This document shows, in pieces, positions 62,779 to 64,000 of a DNA stretch of 64,000 nt. Made by a program: the position numbers and the translations under genes. The notes below the pieces were generated by a model, which saw only the letters and a list, made by a program, of their open reading frames with translations, had not been told where the DNA came from and searched no databases. Position 1 is the stretch's first letter. Each line of letters begins with the position of its first letter. The stretch covers positions 18,348,182-18,412,181 of the forward strand of contig NC_052162.1 of the NCBI RefSeq assembly GCF_902713615.1, written 5' to 3'. The stretch is from Scyliorhinus canicula (Eukaryota).

Positions 62779-64000
62779 TAACAACTTGCATTTTTATTGC
62801 ACCTATAATGTAGTAAAACATCACACGGTGCTTCACAGGATCAAACAAAGTTTGACATAACCATAATAAATCTAATTGTCATCCCTTTATTTCCTGGACA
62901 ATATTTATCCCTCAATCGACATCTAAAAACGGATTTCCTAATCATGTTGAGTCTAGCTGTGCACAAATTGGCTGCCATATTATCTTCATCTATGGCAGTG
63001 GTGGTACTTCAGGTCTGTAATTGGCTGTGGCATGTTCTGAGATCGCGAAAGTGCCATATAAATGGAGTTTTTTTCTCTCTGACATTCACCGAGAAACAAT
63101 AAACAATAGAGCAATGAATTGCTGTGATGAATTTTCGGAAACAATGCAGAAGACTTTTCCCCGACCCACTATTTCTTTTGTTGACTATTACCTCAAGCAG
63201 AAAACTCAAGCACACTCAGTGCTTTGATTAAAGTCCTTTTGAATTCTTGAGAGAGGGGATTTTAAGCGGACAGGCTTTAAATGACAAAGCCTATTCCTGA
63301 AGTACCCTTTCTGGCTGAAATCGTAACCTTTTTTCAGTCACGCTCAACTCCACTGTGAACTATCACAGGATTGCAAGCATTGGCTGATCATGTACTGGAA
63401 AGACAAAGGGTTCTTTATTAAGGCTTTGCCTATGTTTGATACCTCCCACTGATTGCTATTAATGCAAGTTTTTGTTTCATGTCTAGCCTGGCAGTTGTAT
63501 CACTCCTATCCCATTCAGCAGCGAAAGAATGATAAAACTGAAAATGTTTTTTAAAATGACAGTGTTCTTAAGGATGGAGGTTATTGCATTTTTCGGAGAG
63601 TTTATGGCATAGACATGCAGACACCCAACAATAAGCTTACATAATCTGTAAGCCATATACATACCAATAGTGTGCTATAGATTGCAGGAGATTTTTAAAA
63701 CTTTACACCTTTCACAGCGGAGTGATTATGGATCTGAATCCTTTTAAAAATAAACACTAATATATCTTTAATTCACACAATAATCTTGTTTCTTTAACAA
63801 CTTCAAATCACAGACACTGATTGCACACAACCCCTCTAGGAGTCTTTGGGTGCACCAGGTTCAGCAGTGCAGGAACCACTTGAGGGTAAACTTCAATTCA
63901 TCACTGCATAGATCCTTCTCCAGAAGAGAATCTTGATGGACCAACTGACTACACTCTCCCAAACCTCCAGTGCTTTTGCCTTTTATTGTGTTTTCCATGT

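Overview
Eukaryotic, repeat-dense vertebrate DNA, most likely a shark (HE1/V-SINE, DeuSINE, CR1, fish-type L1, Rex/Babar, Penelope and Harbinger remnants; species not determinable). I assembled three spliced protein-coding genes by hand. (1) UPF3B on the minus strand: 10 coding exons, 40484 to 21300, about 466 aa. (2) NDUFA1 on the plus strand: 3 exons, 40877-49416, 70 aa, head-to-head with UPF3B across a 392-nt CpG-rich promoter. (3) A 5-exon minus-strand gene (57805 to 50054, 197 aa) that the ORF track shows only in fragments. It encodes a signal peptide, one Reeler domain and a hydrophobic C-terminal tail, and lies tail-to-tail with NDUFA1. Other highlights: a GC versus in-frame GT donor choice at UPF3B exon 4, a CR1>SINE>hAT nest carrying about 1.7 kb of filler DNA, a perfect 39-bp hairpin insertion, decayed Penelope-type hammerhead motifs and SINEs with interchangeable tails. 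The long Gly/Pro ORFs at 2.8-6.3 kb are poly-G and N-gap artefacts. Family names come from recalled consensus motifs, not database searches, and repeat boundaries are approximate.
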